Shown in pieces: positions 29,092 through 41,966 of a stretch of DNA of 64,000 bases. A program made the translations under genes and the position numbers. The number at the start of each line of letters is the position of its first letter. Position 1 is the stretch's first letter. The notes under the pieces are model-generated. The model made no database searches. It saw only the letters and a list, made by a program, of their open reading frames with translations, and was not told the DNA's origin. The DNA comes from an uncultured Nitrospiraceae bacterium. Lineage in GTDB: Bacteria > Hydrogenedentota > Hydrogenedentia > Hydrogenedentales > SLHB01. The stretch lies in the NCBI GenBank assembly GCA_964402555.1, contig CAYOCT010000003.1:125146-189145 (forward strand), written 5' to 3'.

Positions 29092-30366
29092 ATGAACGCC
29101 ACGGCAACAAAGCGATGGCTACTGAACGCCTTGGTGTGCGCGCTGGCCATCGGCGCGGGCTATCTTCTGATCGAAGGGGGCCTCCGGCTCTATCTGTTTC
29201 ACAGCCTCATGTGGCCCCATGCGGGTTTGCCTCCGTTACGCATGCCGCCGGATCCCGTGATGGGCTGGAAGCCCGCCCCGAACCAGTGCGCCGTCGATAA
29301 CCGCATGGAACATCAGGGCCTCGTGCGCACCAACTCGAAGGGTCTTTGCGACGGCGAACATGCGTACGATCCGGCGCCGGGCGTGTTCCGGATCGTCATC
29401 TTGGGCGACTCATTCATGCAGGGCGCAAGCGTCGATCCTGAGGAGGCCGTTCCCGCGCTGTTAGAACAGCAATTCGCCGGCCGCCGCGTTGAAGTCATCA
29501 ATCTCGGCGTCAAAGGATACTCAACGGTCCAGGAACTCCTGTATCTCAAAGAGGAAGGCGTCAAGTATCGGCCGGACCTCGTGCTCGCGGTCGTCTATGC
29601 CGAGAACGATGTCTGCGACAATGTTCGCCCGCTCGCTGAGCGCCTATACGGGAAAGATGCGTTGTCCTTCTACGCGAGACCCTATGGCACATGGGACGAC
29701 GAGAAGCGTGTGCTCGAGATTGTTCCGGGCGATATCGGCCGTGCGCGAAACCACAGCGCCGCATCCACGCTTCAAGACCGGCCGTTCGTCCGAAAACTGG
29801 CCTCGCTGAAAAAGAGCCTTGCCGGCCAGGTTTATCGGCAGACGCTACGGTCGGTCAGGCAGAAGGTGTTCTTCACGGGCGACGACCCGAATGTGTTCCT
29901 GGGAGCGCACATGCCGGAGTTCCATCCCGTTCAAGGCCGCGGGACAGCATGGACGCAAGAGGATTACTCCCGGCACTGGGAAGAGGCGTGGACGGTTACC
30001 GAACAGTCGCTCCGGGCGATAAACGGCATTGCCGAGTCGATCCGCGCGCGCTTCGGTATAGTAACGGCGCCCTCGAAACTGCAGGCCGAGGCGGAATACT
30101 TGGGCGTTGTCCGGAAGCGCTTTCCGGGAGTGGACCTCGATCCCAATTTCGCCGAAGAGCGCCTCCGGGTCATAGCCGAGAACGCGAAGATTCCCTTTCT
30201 CGGACTTGTTGATGCGTTTCGATTGGCTCATGAAAAGGACAAGACCGTGTTGTTCTACGGTCTCGACGACACGCACTGGAACGCCGAGGGACACCGCCTC
30301 GCGACGCGATGTATTGCCAAATGGCTGAATGCCGCGGGCCTCATCGCCCATCCGGATTCGCCGTGA
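29092..30366 (+). CDS. membrane-anchored SGNH/GDSL-family hydrolase
   Basis: N-terminal TM helix (WLLNALVCALAIGAGYLLIEG). GDS block VILGDSFMQG. Distal DDTHWN block. A TTG alternative start is at 29083. Confidence 0.65.
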   Translation: MNATATKRWLLNALVCALAIGAGYLLIEGGLRLYLFHSLMWPHAGLPPLRMPPDPVMGWKPAPNQCAVDNRMEHQGLVRTNSKGLCDGEHAYDPAPGVFRIVILGDSFMQGASVDPEEAVPALLEQQFAGRRVEVINLGVKGYSTVQELLYLKEEGVKYRPDLVLAVVYAENDVCDNVRPLAERLYGKDALSFYARPYGTWDDEKRVLEIVPGDIGRARNHSAASTLQDRPFVRKLASLKKSLAGQVYRQTLRSVRQKVFFTGDDPNVFLGAHMPEFHPVQGRGTAWTQEDYSRHWEEAWTVTEQSLRAINGIAESIRARFGIVTAPSKLQAEAEYLGVVRKRFPGVDLDPNFAEERLRVIAENAKIPFLGLVDAFRLAHEKDKTVLFYGLDDTHWNAEGHRLATRCIAKWLNAAGLIAHPDSP

Positions 30367-30473
30367 ACGGCCCTCGACAGCGTCCCCCGATATCGAGTGT
30401 ATCGCGCTACGTATTGCAAAATTGTGGCACTTTGGACTATAGTTAACTGAGTCGACAGCCAGGGGGCGACGAC

Positions 30474-31721
30474 ATGCCTGCGGATGATCGAGTTCGTTTC
30501 GAGCGGAAGGTGAACCATCTCCGTCACGTGATCGTCGCGGGATTCTGCTGGTTCTTCTTCGTGATCGTCGTGCCCGATTTCATCTCCGGAATGGCGCGCT
30601 ACTCGAACCCGAAGATGCATGCGATTCTGGACGCAATGTCGATGGTTGTCCTCGGTTCGGCCACCGTGTACCTGATGGTCCAGATTTGGTCGCTCACCAA
30701 AGTGATTCTTCCGGTCCTGATTGGCGTCGCCTTGCTGCTGATCTCACAGGCCTTTCGAATCTTGGGCACAATGGCCCTGACTGAGCAGTGGGTGCCCACA
30801 GGATGGTTCCATCTCTTCTATCATCTCGTCATCGAGGCCTTCAATGGCATGGGCATGGTCCTGTTTGTGGCAGGGCTGTTCTACGCCATCGTCGAGTTGA
30901 TCGCCGCCCGCCATGCGGCCGAGACGGCCCACGAACAACTGTCGCGCGAGATGGCCGAGCGCCAGCGCGCAGAAAGGGCCGTCGCCGAACAACGCATGCG
31001 CACCGTGGCCGCGTCGCGCCTGTCATCGCTGGGCACGATGGCCAGCGGCGTGGCCCACGAAATCAACAACCCGCTTGCCGTCATATCCGGCACCTGCCAG
31101 CAATTGGAGGCGCTCGTCGCCCGTGGCGATATGGACACCGACAGGGCAACGCGGCTGACGTCCGTCCTGGCTCGAAACGTCGGGCGTATCGAGCGTATTG
31201 TTCGCGGCCTGCGCCGGCTATCGCGCGATGGCGAACGGGAGCCCTTTGTTGCCGTGCCGGTCAAGACGCTCGTCGAAGACACGCTGGAGTTGTGCCGCCA
31301 GCGTTTCAAAATACACGGCATCGCATTGACCGTGCCCGAGGTCCGAGAGGACTTGATGATCGAGTGCCGTCCGACGCTCGCGGCTCAAGTCCTGCTCAAT
31401 CTCCTCAACAATGCCTTCGACGCTTCGGAATCCGCAAGCGAGAAATGGGTCCGGCTCGAGATCCTCGAGGGTCAGAATTCGGTCGATCTCCGAGTGATTG
31501 ACAGTGGCGTTGGGATTCCCAACGACCAGCGCGAGCAGGTCTTCGATCCTTTCTACACCACGAAGACGGCAGGCCAGGGGGTAGGAATTGGGCTGAGTAT
31601 TTCCAGGAGCATCATGCAAGCGCATGATGGCGATCTGCTGCTCGATGCCACGAATCCAAACACGTGCTTTGTGGCTAAATTCCCTAGAAACCATCCTTTA
31701 CGCGAATATGCCGTTCCATAG
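30474..31721 (+). CDS. sensor histidine kinase (orphan; no response regulator adjacent)
   Basis: N-terminal membrane domain. H-box LGTMASGVAHEINNPLAVISG. N/G1/G2 boxes …NLLNNAFDAS… DSGVGIP…DPFYTTK…GQGVGIGLSIS. Confidence 0.85.
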   Translation: MPADDRVRFERKVNHLRHVIVAGFCWFFFVIVVPDFISGMARYSNPKMHAILDAMSMVVLGSATVYLMVQIWSLTKVILPVLIGVALLLISQAFRILGTMALTEQWVPTGWFHLFYHLVIEAFNGMGMVLFVAGLFYAIVELIAARHAAETAHEQLSREMAERQRAERAVAEQRMRTVAASRLSSLGTMASGVAHEINNPLAVISGTCQQLEALVARGDMDTDRATRLTSVLARNVGRIERIVRGLRRLSRDGEREPFVAVPVKTLVEDTLELCRQRFKIHGIALTVPEVREDLMIECRPTLAAQVLLNLLNNAFDASESASEKWVRLEILEGQNSVDLRVIDSGVGIPNDQREQVFDPFYTTKTAGQGVGIGLSISRSIMQAHDGDLLLDATNPNTCFVAKFPRNHPLREYAVP

Positions 31722-31901
31722 CTGACCTTACGCCTTTCAAGTCAATCTAATTCTCTTGTCTAATCCAATTGTTAAAACTAGTATGCTCATTAATAAGGGT
31801 ATCTGTGCAGACGTTGGTAATAAAGTACCGAAAACTTCCTATTTACATCCGCAGAATTCATGCTGTGCGTTGTATTCGTGTAAACTACGTGAAGAATTCT
31901 C

Positions 31902-31930
31902 TTGACGAAATCCACGCGTCAAGGTATACT
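31902..31930 (+). promoter_or_regulatory. near-consensus sigma70 promoter in the AT-rich region upstream of the giant lipoprotein gene
   Basis: TTGACG (31902-31907), 17-bp spacer, TATACT (31925-31930). Implies an approximately 490-nt leader before the ATG at 32424. A second weaker candidate is TTGACC(32111)-17-TAGACT. Confidence 0.5.
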
Positions 31931-32423
31931 ACTTATGCGATAAAGATTTCTTTTCAGGATAGGCAATGCGCCGCGCGATATGGGGTCGGGGGCGTGGCGC
32001 GGGAGATGGAAGTTCGTGGGCCGCGCCGACGGAGATAGCAGACATCCTTTACATCGATCGGCATGCCCTCTCTCCGTCTTGGTCGCCACCTGGATAACGC
32101 CCGGTTACCCTTGACCGGCTTGGGATAGCGGGTTAGACTATTTCTACGGTAAAGTCTGCATGGCAAAATGGGCTTAGCCGCGCGAGCTTTGGGTGCGGCT
32201 CGGATTGTGGGAGACGGCGCAGCGGCCTTCCGGCGCGCCGGAGGACAGGTGAATAGAGGAATAGGGCCACCCATGCAGACATACATGGCGTGCGCTCCGG
32301 CAAACATGAATCGTCTGCTATGCCTCGGAATGCGCGGAGGCCGGGGTCTAGAGTGATATACGTGCAGGGAGGCCCGTGTTCCGCGGGCGCCCGAGGGCAG
32401 GTTGTTGCCGAGGAGGAAAGGTC

Positions 32424-35400
32424 ATGCGTACGTCATCAGTGTTCCGTGGGGCGATCCTTGTCATTCTAGCGTCGATCGGGGGCATCGGATGCCCCTGGAT
32501 AGCGCCCAAAGCACAATTCGCGGCGTACCCGCAAAGCGGTATGGCCCCGCTCGAGGTCCAATTCACGGACCAGTCCGTTCCAGGCGTCGTTCCAATCTCG
32601 CAGTGGGCATGGGACTTTGGCGATGGCGGAACGAGCCGCGCTCGCAATCCCAAGCACACGTACTCCGCTTCGGGATCGTACACGGTCTCGCTTACAGTCA
32701 AGGGTTTCCTGGCCCAGAGCACGGCGGCCATACAGGACCTCATTCAGGTTTCGGGCGAGGGCGAAGGGGAAGGCGAGGGTGAGGGCGAGGGCGAGCAGCC
32801 TGTGTATTTTGTGGTCGGCGATCCGCTGAGCATCGCCCATGGCGCCTACGTGCTGCCGTTGACCAACGCGGACGATATCGCCCACGCGCGGGACGTTATT
32901 GCGGACCCGGCCAACACGGACATGCACATCGTGGTCGCGCGCATCGATCGCGGGGGAACCGAGGGAGAGTATACCAACTGCGATCCATACCATCCCGGAA
33001 ACGTCTGGTCGTGGCGCGTGACGGAATTCGTCGGGTTTGCCGACAACACCATCGAGATCCTGGATGGTTGGCCGCAATATGTCGAGGACAATCTGGATGC
33101 GTGGATGCAGGCTACCGGCGGCGAGATCGGATTCTGGAACTGCCGAGTCTTGTACGAATTGACGGACGGATGCCCCGGCGCCGAAGGCGAAGGCGAAGGC
33201 GAAGGCGAAGGCGAGGGCGAAGGCGAGGGTGAAGGTGAAGGCGAAGGCGAAGGCGAGGGTGAAGGCGAAGGTGAAGGCGAAGGCGAAGGCGAAGGCGAAG
33301 GCGAAGGTGAAGGTGAAGGCGAGGGTGAAGGTGAGGGTGAGGGCGAAGGTGAAGGTGAAGGTGAAGGTGAAGGCGAGGGCGAAGGTGAAGGTGAAGGTGA
33401 AGGTGAGGGTGAGGGTGAAGGTGAGGGCGAAGGCGAAGGCGAGTTGTTCTTGATCGGCGTCTTCCCTGCGGCGGGTTCCGGGGCCGGCGGTACACTTGTC
33501 TATATCCCCGGTGGCGGATTTGTTAGCGAGGGAACCACGCGCGTGCTGTTCGGCGACGCCGACGCGACCAACGTGCTTGTGGGTTCCTCCGATGGTGTCG
33601 ATTATGTGCAGTGTGTGACCCCGCCGCACGCGCACGGTACGGTGGATGTCACCGTCATCAATCCCGATGGCGCAAGCGCCTATCTGCCCGCCGCCTTTAC
33701 GTATCAGGACGCGCCTGCGGTGGCGTTCATCGAGCCGAATGCGGGGTCGTCGTTAGGCGGGCAGCATGTGACCGTCCGAGGCTCGGGTTTCATGAGTTCC
33801 GGCGCAACCAGGGTTACGTTCGGTGGCGCTGACGCAACGGAAGTTACCGTCATCGACGACGGTTACAATCCGCCGTTTGTCACGTGTGTCGCGCCACTGC
33901 ACGCGCCAGGCGTCGTCGACGTCACGGTCATCAATCCTGACGGGTTGCGCGGGACGCTCGCGAGGCGCTTCACGTATTTTTCACCGGTTTACATTCAACG
34001 CGATGGCCGCTATGTGACGAATGCGTCGGTCGGATACGAGGGCGGGCCGTTCTATCCCGACAAGGTGCCCTATGGCCTAAGGAATAGCCACACGGCAGCG
34101 CTAATGTACGACCTGAAGGTCACGAATGACATCCTGCAGATCGAGTTCCCGATGGGGCTTCCGCCCGTGCCCGGAATAACCGGTACCGTTGCCAGGGATA
34201 GCTATGGCACAACCTTCTTGGCGGATCTCGCGGACGATGTCGTCAACCGGCTCACTCCCGGAACATACCCGACCGGACTCCAGTTAACGAACGTCACGTT
34301 CCAGCAATTTGCTCAAGCCGAAGACATCTACCTGGACGTCCTGGATCGGAGCGAGCCGGGGCTTGAGGTCACTCCGAGGGAGGATTTCTATGCGGCGGGA
34401 CCTGTCGGCGGGCCATTCGAGCCCCTGGCGAAGATCTACCGATTCTACAATCCGGACCCGACACCGGTTGCGGTCAGCGCGTTCCTCGTGAACACGGACC
34501 GGTATCTCTCGCTTGACCCGTCGCGGTACGTGCAGGGCGTCGAAACAACCCTGGATGCGTTCCAGGCCATCGACGTTGGCGTCTATGTCGATCAGACGCT
34601 GACCGGCAGGCTCGATGCAACCGAACTTACCAACCAGCTCCGGTTCTACAACGCAACGCTGGGTAAGGTGGCCGCCGCCCGGATGATCTATGTGACCGTG
34701 TCTGAAGACGACTTCAGCGGCCTGTCGTTCGTCGACGTGCTTAACAACATAGGACAGAACACGGCATTGCTGGGCATCGCTCCGGAACCCGGTCTCCCCG
34801 AAGATGCCGACTACAATGGCCCAGGATGGTCTCCTGGGGATGCCCTGTCCGTCCATGTCAGCGGCAATGGAATGCCCGACGCAACCACGGAACTCAAGTT
34901 GATCGAGAATGTCCTCCATGATCGGTCCTTCTCCCTGCCGAACGGACTGACCCACGCGCGCGTGGCCAGCGCATGGCATGCCAATCGGCAGCGTCTTGCG
35001 CAGGACTTGGCCCCTGTGTGGGACATGTTCGAGGTCTTGCTGCCGGGGTTCCAGGATTTCCTCACCGGTATGATGATCATTGGCGACGGAGAGATGGATC
35101 TTTCAGACCCAAGCGTCGTGCGTTGGACCGGTTCGGCGGGCTTCGTTCAGGGGCTCCTGCATTCGTTCCGAGAAGTCTTCGGTATCGAAGACATCGACCT
35201 CAGCCATTACATTCGCATGCCGGAGTACTTCGCGTTCTATGGCGACGCGGACGGCGACGGCTGCAAGAACTACTTCGAGTACGTACGGAACTCGTGGGAC
35301 TTTCCCTACGATGTCATCGCGCTCGATCCCGCGTTTAACAGTGAGAACCTCTGCATGATCGATGTTGTTCCCTCGTCTAGGGCAGGAGGCACTTTCATCG

Positions 35401-38400
35401 GCTATCCGGAAGGGCCTTTCGAACCTGAGTCGTATTCGTACACGTTGACCAACCTCGCTGCCTCAGCCAGGACGTACGAGATCCGAAACAACTCTTATCT
35501 TGGGTTCAGGATGCCGGGGACGGAGATTGGAAGCCACTTTGTCCAGGGAACGCTGGAAGCCTATCAGGCTGTCGCTATCGAGGTGTACGTGGATGCCAAT
35601 GTGGCACGCACTCTGTCGGCTGGACGAAGTCACTCCGATTCCGTCCGCGTGATCAGTTCGGGCGGTTCGCTGTTTATCGGCGATAATCCCCCGTTCTTCC
35701 TCGACCTACTTGCGCCGGGAACAAGTTCCTTGCGCGTCACACCCGAGACCGATTTCCAGACCACGTTTCAGGCGGGCAGTTCGCTGGCGAGCACGTGCGC
35801 AACCTATGCGCTCGAAAACGTGACGTCAGCGACGATACGGTACGCGGTAAACCGCGACCATGCCGGAATCGCGTTCAAGCCTAGCCCGGGCGGCGTGCTT
35901 ACCAACGTCCTGTCGGGCGCCTTGGGCGCGATGCAATCCGTCGATATCCGCGTGTATCTCGATCCGTCGTCGCCGAATTGGAACTCGCCCGGGGAATACA
36001 GCAACGCCGTGACGTTCGTAGACGGGACGTTGAACGCCGTGGCGGCCACGCGGGGCGTCTATGTGGAAGTGACGCCCGCGCAGCCCGTGCTCGATTACGA
36101 TTTCACCGACTACTTCAACCGGGTACGCAACAATTCATTCGTCGCCTTGCTGCCCCCCGAGTATGGAAGCATCATGCTGATGCTGGATCCGAATACCGCG
36201 GACTTCAACGGCCCTTCGTCAATGAAGCTGAGTCCGCTCCAGCTCAATATTCAAGGCAACGGCATGCTGGATTGCCTGCACGAACTGGCGCTTGTCCAGG
36301 CGGTGCTAAATGACCCGAACTTTTCGCTGCCGAACGGCCTCACGCATCAGCGCGTCATCGACGCTTGGAACCAGAATATTGGCCAGTTTGCTGCGGATGT
36401 CGGCAGCTACTGGCCGATACTCGGTGCGTTGATGGACGGCCTGCCTCAGATTCTCAACGGCATGATGATCCTGGGAGACGGATCGGCGCAGACCTCGGAT
36501 CCCAACATGGTGATTTGGGACGGTTCCGCTGGATTCATCCAAGCGTTGATGAGCCTTCTCGGCGGGTACATCACGAATCCGACGATCGACCTCGACACCT
36601 ATGGCCGGTTGCCGGAGTTCTTCTCGAAAGATGGCGATGCCGATGGCGATGGATGCTCGAACTATGAAGAGTTCCTCGCCTACGGGTCCAATCCCGCGGT
36701 CTATGTCGCCAACGCGCTGAACCCCGACGTTCATCCGAGTGACTGTGCCGGTGAGGGCGAAGGTGAAGGTGAGGGTGAAGGTGAGGGTGAAGCCGCGTTC
36801 TGCGATTTCTGGCCGCTGGCAGTCGGGAATCAGTGGAACTGGAATGATGGCCAGGACAACGCCGAGACCTTCGAGATAGTCGATTTCTTCGTGGCGAACG
36901 GGTTCCGTGCGTGGCAGATGTACAACATGTTCTATGGGTTCGTCACAACGACCACGGTGCAGAATCTCGTCTTCGTGGACGGGTGGCTGTACGTTACGCC
37001 GGACATTGCGGACCTCGATGCGCTGCCCGCGATCACGGGCAGTCTCAAGGGATGGGTTCCCGAGGTCATGACGTGTGGCCAGTCGTTCTACTCGCCGTTG
37101 TTCGGCAAGACGATTACTCCGATGTGCTCGGGCGATACACTCTCCCTGTCGGTCGAAGGTGTGCCTGAGCCGCTGGTGCTCGAGCGCGGTCTCGGTCCGA
37201 TGAACTTCGGCGGGCTGGGCGGCACATACTCGCAGACGATTGTCGGCGGATGCGACACGGACACGGAGGACTTCAGCGCAGACCCCGGCGAGCAGCCGTT
37301 GAGCGGCGGCTCGTTTCCGATGGTCCAGTGGGTAAGCGGCGAGACGAGTACGGGTACGATCGATCTGAAGCCCGCAAGTCCCACCGTTCAGGATGTCCTC
37401 TACTTCAATCTTCCCACGAGCGTGTTCGGGCTTGCGGGTCTTGCGGAAGCCGCCGCGGGCGGCCATCCGAACCTCGTAGTCGACGCGCTTACCCATCGCG
37501 TCGAGTTGCGGTTCGTTCCGCCGGCCGCGCCGCCGGCAATTACGCTGTGGGATCCGGTGTGCGGTATGGAAGGCCACTTCGGCCCCATCGAAGCGGGCGA
37601 CTGGGAGTTCTTCTGCGACAATGCCCTTGTGCCCTTCTCGATGACGTTCCACGTCAATCCGGCAGAAGGCCAGGGCCAAGTCGCTTGGATTCCGGGAGAA
37701 ACGAGTCCAGGCGCATGGATGGTTCTGCCTCCGGCGCCCGTCGAATCGAGTCCGGTACGGTTTGAAGGCCCCATTCCCCTTCAAGGCAACGCGTGCCTCG
37801 CGACGGTCGCGGCGGGAGGACGTCCCGAACTCCATATCGATCAGGCCGCGCACACCATCGAATTGTGGTACCGCCCGCCCGCGCCGGACGCCTGCATCGA
37901 GGTCTTCGATCCCGTGTGCGGCCTGCGCGGCACGTTTGGATACTTGGAGGCCGGCACGTGGACTTTCTATTGCACGAGTCCGTTCTCGACGTTCAATCTT
38001 TCGTTCGAGGTCGCGCCCGCGGGCGGCGGTCCACCGGCGCACATGTTCTGCGACTACCTGCGCAGTCTCCTGAGCAATCAGCTCGTGGCGATGCTGCCCT
38101 CGGAATTCGCTGGCTCGATATGGCAACTTACGCCGGAGAATGTGGACTGGAACGGGGAATGGTCGATTAGCGCGGACGGCATTGCAACCTTGGGCTACAA
38201 TGGCAACGGCTTGCTCGACTGTTACCACGAGATGAAACTCGTCGAAATCGTCCTGAACGATCCTAACTTCCGGCTGCCCAACGGACTGACGCATGCACTC
38301 GTGCAGCAGGCTTGGGACACGAACGAAGCGCAGTTTGCCCGCGATGTAGGTTCGTACTGGGCGTTGATGCGGGCTCTGGTCGACGGATTGCCGCAAATCG

Positions 38401-41400
38401 CTAACGCCTACATGATCCTGGGCGACGGTTCCGCCACGCAAGACCCCGTTACAGGCGAAATCGTTTCCGAAGGTTCCGCGGGCCTGGTCCAGGCATTGAT
38501 GTTGACGCTCGGCTCGAACATTACGAACGCCCACATCGACCTCGCCAACTACGGGCGTTTGCCGCAGTACTTCTCGAAGTATGGCGACGCGGACGGCGAT
38601 GGATGCTCGAACTACGAAGAATTCCTGGCCTATGGTTCTGATCCCGATCGGTACGCTGCCAACGCGCTCAATCCCCGCGTGCATCCCATTTCATGCAGTG
38701 GGGAAGGAGAGGGCGAGGGAGAAGGAGAAGGCGAGGGTGAGGGTGAGGGTGAAGGTGAAGGTGAAGGTGAACCGCAAGGACTGTTCTGCGGCTACATCGA
38801 TCAGCTTCGCTCGAACTCGCTGCTTCAAATGCTCCCGGCCGAGTACCAACCGTTCCTGAACCTGATCGTGCCGGAAGCAGTCGATATCAACGGCAGCGCG
38901 TGGCTCGATCAGAACGGCAGCGCCACCTTCGATCTCCAAGGCAACGGCATGTTCGATTGCGTCTACGAGTTGCGGCTTGTCGAGGCAGTCATGGCTGACC
39001 CGGCGTTTGCGTTGCCCAATGGCTTGACCCACGCTTTGGTCCAACAGGCGTGGAACACCAGCGAGGCCCAGTTCCAGGCGGATATCGGCAGCTACTGGAG
39101 CTTGGCCGGCGCGCTTGTGCCCGGGTTGAAGGAACTCCTCAAAGGCTACATGTTGCTCGGCGATGGCTCGGCCGATCTCTCCGATCCGAATCACATTACG
39201 TGTCAAGGTTCGGCCGGGTTGATCCAGGCGCTGGTTTTCCTGATTGGCGACTATGCGATGAATCCCAACATCGACCTGAGCCAGTATGGGCGTCTGCCGG
39301 AGTACTTCTCGAAGGACGGCGACGCCGATGGCGACGGATGCTCGAACTACGAAGAGTTCCTCGCCTATGGTTCGGACCCGTTGGTCTACGTGGCCAACGC
39401 GCTCGATCCGAACGTTCATCCGGCGCTGTGCAAAGGCGGATCCGAAGGCGAAGGCGAGGGAGAGGGAGAAGGTGAAGGTGAAGGCGAGGGAGAGCCGCAG
39501 GGACAGTTCTGCGGCTATATCGATCAGCTTCGTTCGAACTCCCTCGTCCAGATGCTTCCCCCGGAGTATCTGCCCTATCTGGATCTGATCGTGCCGGAGG
39601 CAGTCGATATCAACGGCAGTGCGTGGCTCGATCAAAACGGCAGCCCGACCTTCGACCTCCAAGGCAACGGCATGCTCGATTGCGTTTACGAGTTGCGACT
39701 CGTCGAAGCCGTCATGGCTGACCCGGCGTTTGCGTTGCCCAATGGCTTGACCCACGCTTTGGTCCAACAGGCGTGGAACACCAGCGAGGCCCAGTTCCAG
39801 GCGGATATCGGCAGCTACTGGAGCTTGGCCGGCGCGCTTGTGCCCGGGTTGAAGGAACTCCTCAAAGGCTACATGTTGCTCGGCGATGGCTCGGCCGATC
39901 TCTCCGATCCGAATCACATTACGTGTCAAGGTTCAGCCGGGTTGATTCAGGCGGTGGTCTTCCTGATCGGCGACTATGTAGCGAATCCCAACATCGATCT
40001 GAGCCTGTACGGCCGCCTGCCGGAGTACTTCTCGAAGGACGGCGACGCTGATGGCGACGGCTGCTCGAACTACGAAGAGTTCCTCGCCTACGGTTCGGAC
40101 CCGCTGGTCTACGTGGCCAACGCGCTCGATCCGAATGTCCATCCGGCGTTGTGCAAAGGCGGATCGGAAGGTGAAGGCGAAGGCGAGGTCGTCCCGCTGT
40201 GCGACTTTCTGCCCCTCGCCGAAGGGAATGAGTGGAACTTCAATATACCTCTGATGGTGGGATCTGGCGGGCGCTTGGCAGTGACGGACCAGACCGAGTG
40301 GAATGGCGTCCGCGTGTGGGAGGTCGAAGAGGACACCTACGGCGACTTGACGACTTCTTCGTCGCTCTTGTACATGGCCTTCGTCGACGGATGGCTTTGG
40401 GCAACGAGCGCCGCCAATGACATCTACCAGCTTCCCGCGATCACGGGCAGTTTTCGACAGATGCTTCCCGAGACTGTTGTCAGCGGACAATCGTATTATC
40501 TTCCCGCGTTGTCCGTGACCGTCACGACGGCCCTGGAAAGCCCCGATGTCCTGAGCGCCCAGGTGCAGTACATGGGGCTGACCTTGAGCATACTCCTGGG
40601 CCGAGGCCTTGGATTCATCGACAGCGCTGTCATAGACGTGACCAGCGCGAGCATTGTGGGCGGCTGCGGCGACGGATGGAGCGGCAGCGGTGAGGGCGAA
40701 GGAGAGGGAGAAGGCGAAGGCGAGGGCGAGGGAGAGGGAGAAGGAGAAGGAGAAGGAGAACTTCCCAAGACGTTCTGCAACTACTTCCAGATGGTCCACG
40801 ACAACACCCTGCTCCAGGTGCTCCCGTCCGAGTATTTCTTCATCACGAACCTGTTGTCGCCCGATCAAGCTGATCTCAACGGAGACTCGTACGTGCAGTT
40901 GAATCCGTCGACCGAGTTCGGCATCAACGGCAACGGTATGCTCGATTGCGTCTACGAGATGAAGCTGATCGAGAAGGTCCTCAACGATCCGGAATTCGAC
41001 CTGCCCAACGGGTTGACCTATGCGCTCGTCCAGGCCGCATGGAACAAAAACGCTGCGCAGTTCGCGGCGGATGTCGGGCAATACTGGGGCTTGCTCGGCT
41101 CGCTTGCGAACGGCTTGCCGCAGATCCTCAACGCGTACATGATTCTCGGCGATGGTTTCGCGCAGCAGGATCCTTCGACCGGACGGATCGATTGCACCGG
41201 ATCGGCGGGATTGATCCAGGCCATCATGCTGTTGCTCGACGGCCAAATCGCCAACAGCCACATCGATCTCGATACGTACGGGCGCCTGCCGCAGTATTTC
41301 GCGAAGGACGGCGATGCCGACGGCGACGGTTGCACGAACTACGAAGAGTTTCTTGCGTACGGTTCCGATCCGGCGCTGTACGCAGCCAACGCCCTCGACC

Positions 41401-41942
41401 CGAACGTGCATCCCGATGCGTGCTCCGGTGAAGGCGAAGGAGAGGGCGAGGGTGAAGGTGAGCTCCTTGCAGTGTGCGACTACTGGCCTCTGGCCAAAGG
41501 CAACTACTGGCGGTGGCACACCGGTATGATTGACGCGGATGGCGGCGAGATTGCCGTGACCGATTCGAGCGTTGTCAACGGATTCAAGACGTGGGAAGTG
41601 AAGCTCTACGCTGACACAATCGCCGGGTTGTTGCCTCAACTGGACGTCTTTGTCGTCTTCGTCGACGGCTGGCTCTACGGCACGGATGTGCGCGCCGACC
41701 TCGACGGCTTGCCCGTCGTCGGTGGCGGGATGCAGCGCATCTGCCCGCAGACCATGCAATCCGGCCAAACGTTCACGTCGGATTACTTCGGCTGGCCAGT
41801 GACGGTCAGCGGCGGCGCATCTACGGTCCTGGTTTCGGTCAGTGGGTTCGGACCACTGTTCATCTTGTCCCAAGGCCAGGGACCGACAGCCGGTATACTC
41901 GGCGCTTTCGATCCTCCGGTTATCGTCGGCGGGTGCGAGTAG
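32424..41942 (+). CDS. giant (3172 aa) modular cell-surface lipoprotein: PKD domain, two IPT/TIG domains, repeated Ca-binding (DADGDG) modules, (Gly-Glu)n linkers
   Basis: AGGAGG RBS then ATG at 32424 ([23 protein letters not shown], lipobox). PKD-like segment (WAWDFGDGG…HTY…GSYTVSLTV). An 88-codon pure (GE)n run at ~33178-33443 and about 8 shorter GE linkers. IPT-like domains ([17 protein letters not shown]…[10 protein letters not shown]). Six copies of an approximately 215-aa module ending …[21 protein letters not shown]…NALNPxVHPxxC. Three copies of an approximately 160-aa module ([16 protein letters not shown]…). Two copies of an approximately 90-aa module. The ORF track starts at an upstream in-frame Met at 32376. 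Confidence 0.85.
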   Translation: MRTSSVFRGAILVILASIGGIGCPWIAPKAQFAAYPQSGMAPLEVQFTDQSVPGVVPISQWAWDFGDGGTSRARNPKHTYSASGSYTVSLTVKGFLAQSTAAIQDLIQVSGEGEGEGEGEGEGEQPVYFVVGDPLSIAHGAYVLPLTNADDIAHARDVIADPANTDMHIVVARIDRGGTEGEYTNCDPYHPGNVWSWRVTEFVGFADNTIEILDGWPQYVEDNLDAWMQATGGEIGFWNCRVLYELTDGCPGAEGEGEGEGEGEGEGEGEGEGEGEGEGEGEGEGEGEGEGEGEGEGEGEGEGEGEGEGEGEGEGEGEGEGEGEGEGEGEGEGEGEGEGELFLIGVFPAAGSGAGGTLVYIPGGGFVSEGTTRVLFGDADATNVLVGSSDGVDYVQCVTPPHAHGTVDVTVINPDGASAYLPAAFTYQDAPAVAFIEPNAGSSLGGQHVTVRGSGFMSSGATRVTFGGADATEVTVIDDGYNPPFVTCVAPLHAPGVVDVTVINPDGLRGTLARRFTYFSPVYIQRDGRYVTNASVGYEGGPFYPDKVPYGLRNSHTAALMYDLKVTNDILQIEFPMGLPPVPGITGTVARDSYGTTFLADLADDVVNRLTPGTYPTGLQLTNVTFQQFAQAEDIYLDVLDRSEPGLEVTPREDFYAAGPVGGPFEPLAKIYRFYNPDPTPVAVSAFLVNTDRYLSLDPSRYVQGVETTLDAFQAIDVGVYVDQTLTGRLDATELTNQLRFYNATLGKVAAARMIYVTVSEDDFSGLSFVDVLNNIGQNTALLGIAPEPGLPEDADYNGPGWSPGDALSVHVSGNGMPDATTELKLIENVLHDRSFSLPNGLTHARVASAWHANRQRLAQDLAPVWDMFEVLLPGFQDFLTGMMIIGDGEMDLSDPSVVRWTGSAGFVQGLLHSFREVFGIEDIDLSHYIRMPEYFAFYGDADGDGCKNYFEYVRNSWDFPYDVIALDPAFNSENLCMIDVVPSSRAGGTFIGYPEGPFEPESYSYTLTNLAASARTYEIRNNSYLGFRMPGTEIGSHFVQGTLEAYQAVAIEVYVDANVARTLSAGRSHSDSVRVISSGGSLFIGDNPPFFLDLLAPGTSSLRVTPETDFQTTFQAGSSLASTCATYALENVTSATIRYAVNRDHAGIAFKPSPGGVLTNVLSGALGAMQSVDIRVYLDPSSPNWNSPGEYSNAVTFVDGTLNAVAATRGVYVEVTPAQPVLDYDFTDYFNRVRNNSFVALLPPEYGSIMLMLDPNTADFNGPSSMKLSPLQLNIQGNGMLDCLHELALVQAVLNDPNFSLPNGLTHQRVIDAWNQNIGQFAADVGSYWPILGALMDGLPQILNGMMILGDGSAQTSDPNMVIWDGSAGFIQALMSLLGGYITNPTIDLDTYGRLPEFFSKDGDADGDGCSNYEEFLAYGSNPAVYVANALNPDVHPSDCAGEGEGEGEGEGEGEAAFCDFWPLAVGNQWNWNDGQDNAETFEIVDFFVANGFRAWQMYNMFYGFVTTTTVQNLVFVDGWLYVTPDIADLDALPAITGSLKGWVPEVMTCGQSFYSPLFGKTITPMCSGDTLSLSVEGVPEPLVLERGLGPMNFGGLGGTYSQTIVGGCDTDTEDFSADPGEQPLSGGSFPMVQWVSGETSTGTIDLKPASPTVQDVLYFNLPTSVFGLAGLAEAAAGGHPNLVVDALTHRVELRFVPPAAPPAITLWDPVCGMEGHFGPIEAGDWEFFCDNALVPFSMTFHVNPAEGQGQVAWIPGETSPGAWMVLPPAPVESSPVRFEGPIPLQGNACLATVAAGGRPELHIDQAAHTIELWYRPPAPDACIEVFDPVCGLRGTFGYLEAGTWTFYCTSPFSTFNLSFEVAPAGGGPPAHMFCDYLRSLLSNQLVAMLPSEFAGSIWQLTPENVDWNGEWSISADGIATLGYNGNGLLDCYHEMKLVEIVLNDPNFRLPNGLTHALVQQAWDTNEAQFARDVGSYWALMRALVDGLPQIANAYMILGDGSATQDPVTGEIVSEGSAGLVQALMLTLGSNITNAHIDLANYGRLPQYFSKYGDADGDGCSNYEEFLAYGSDPDRYAANALNPRVHPISCSGEGEGEGEGEGEGEGEGEGEGEGEPQGLFCGYIDQLRSNSLLQMLPAEYQPFLNLIVPEAVDINGSAWLDQNGSATFDLQGNGMFDCVYELRLVEAVMADPAFALPNGLTHALVQQAWNTSEAQFQADIGSYWSLAGALVPGLKELLKGYMLLGDGSADLSDPNHITCQGSAGLIQALVFLIGDYAMNPNIDLSQYGRLPEYFSKDGDADGDGCSNYEEFLAYGSDPLVYVANALDPNVHPALCKGGSEGEGEGEGEGEGEGEGEPQGQFCGYIDQLRSNSLVQMLPPEYLPYLDLIVPEAVDINGSAWLDQNGSPTFDLQGNGMLDCVYELRLVEAVMADPAFALPNGLTHALVQQAWNTSEAQFQADIGSYWSLAGALVPGLKELLKGYMLLGDGSADLSDPNHITCQGSAGLIQAVVFLIGDYVANPNIDLSLYGRLPEYFSKDGDADGDGCSNYEEFLAYGSDPLVYVANALDPNVHPALCKGGSEGEGEGEVVPLCDFLPLAEGNEWNFNIPLMVGSGGRLAVTDQTEWNGVRVWEVEEDTYGDLTTSSSLLYMAFVDGWLWATSAANDIYQLPAITGSFRQMLPETVVSGQSYYLPALSVTVTTALESPDVLSAQVQYMGLTLSILLGRGLGFIDSAVIDVTSASIVGGCGDGWSGSGEGEGEGEGEGEGEGEGEGEGEGELPKTFCNYFQMVHDNTLLQVLPSEYFFITNLLSPDQADLNGDSYVQLNPSTEFGINGNGMLDCVYEMKLIEKVLNDPEFDLPNGLTYALVQAAWNKNAAQFAADVGQYWGLLGSLANGLPQILNAYMILGDGFAQQDPSTGRIDCTGSAGLIQAIMLLLDGQIANSHIDLDTYGRLPQYFAKDGDADGDGCTNYEEFLAYGSDPALYAANALDPNVHPDACSGEGEGEGEGEGELLAVCDYWPLAKGNYWRWHTGMIDADGGEIAVTDSSVVNGFKTWEVKLYADTIAGLLPQLDVFVVFVDGWLYGTDVRADLDGLPVVGGGMQRICPQTMQSGQTFTSDYFGWPVTVSGGASTVLVSVSGFGPLFILSQGQGPTAGILGAFDPPVIVGGCE

Positions 41943-41966
41943 CGCGGTCAAGAGTCGCGACCATTT

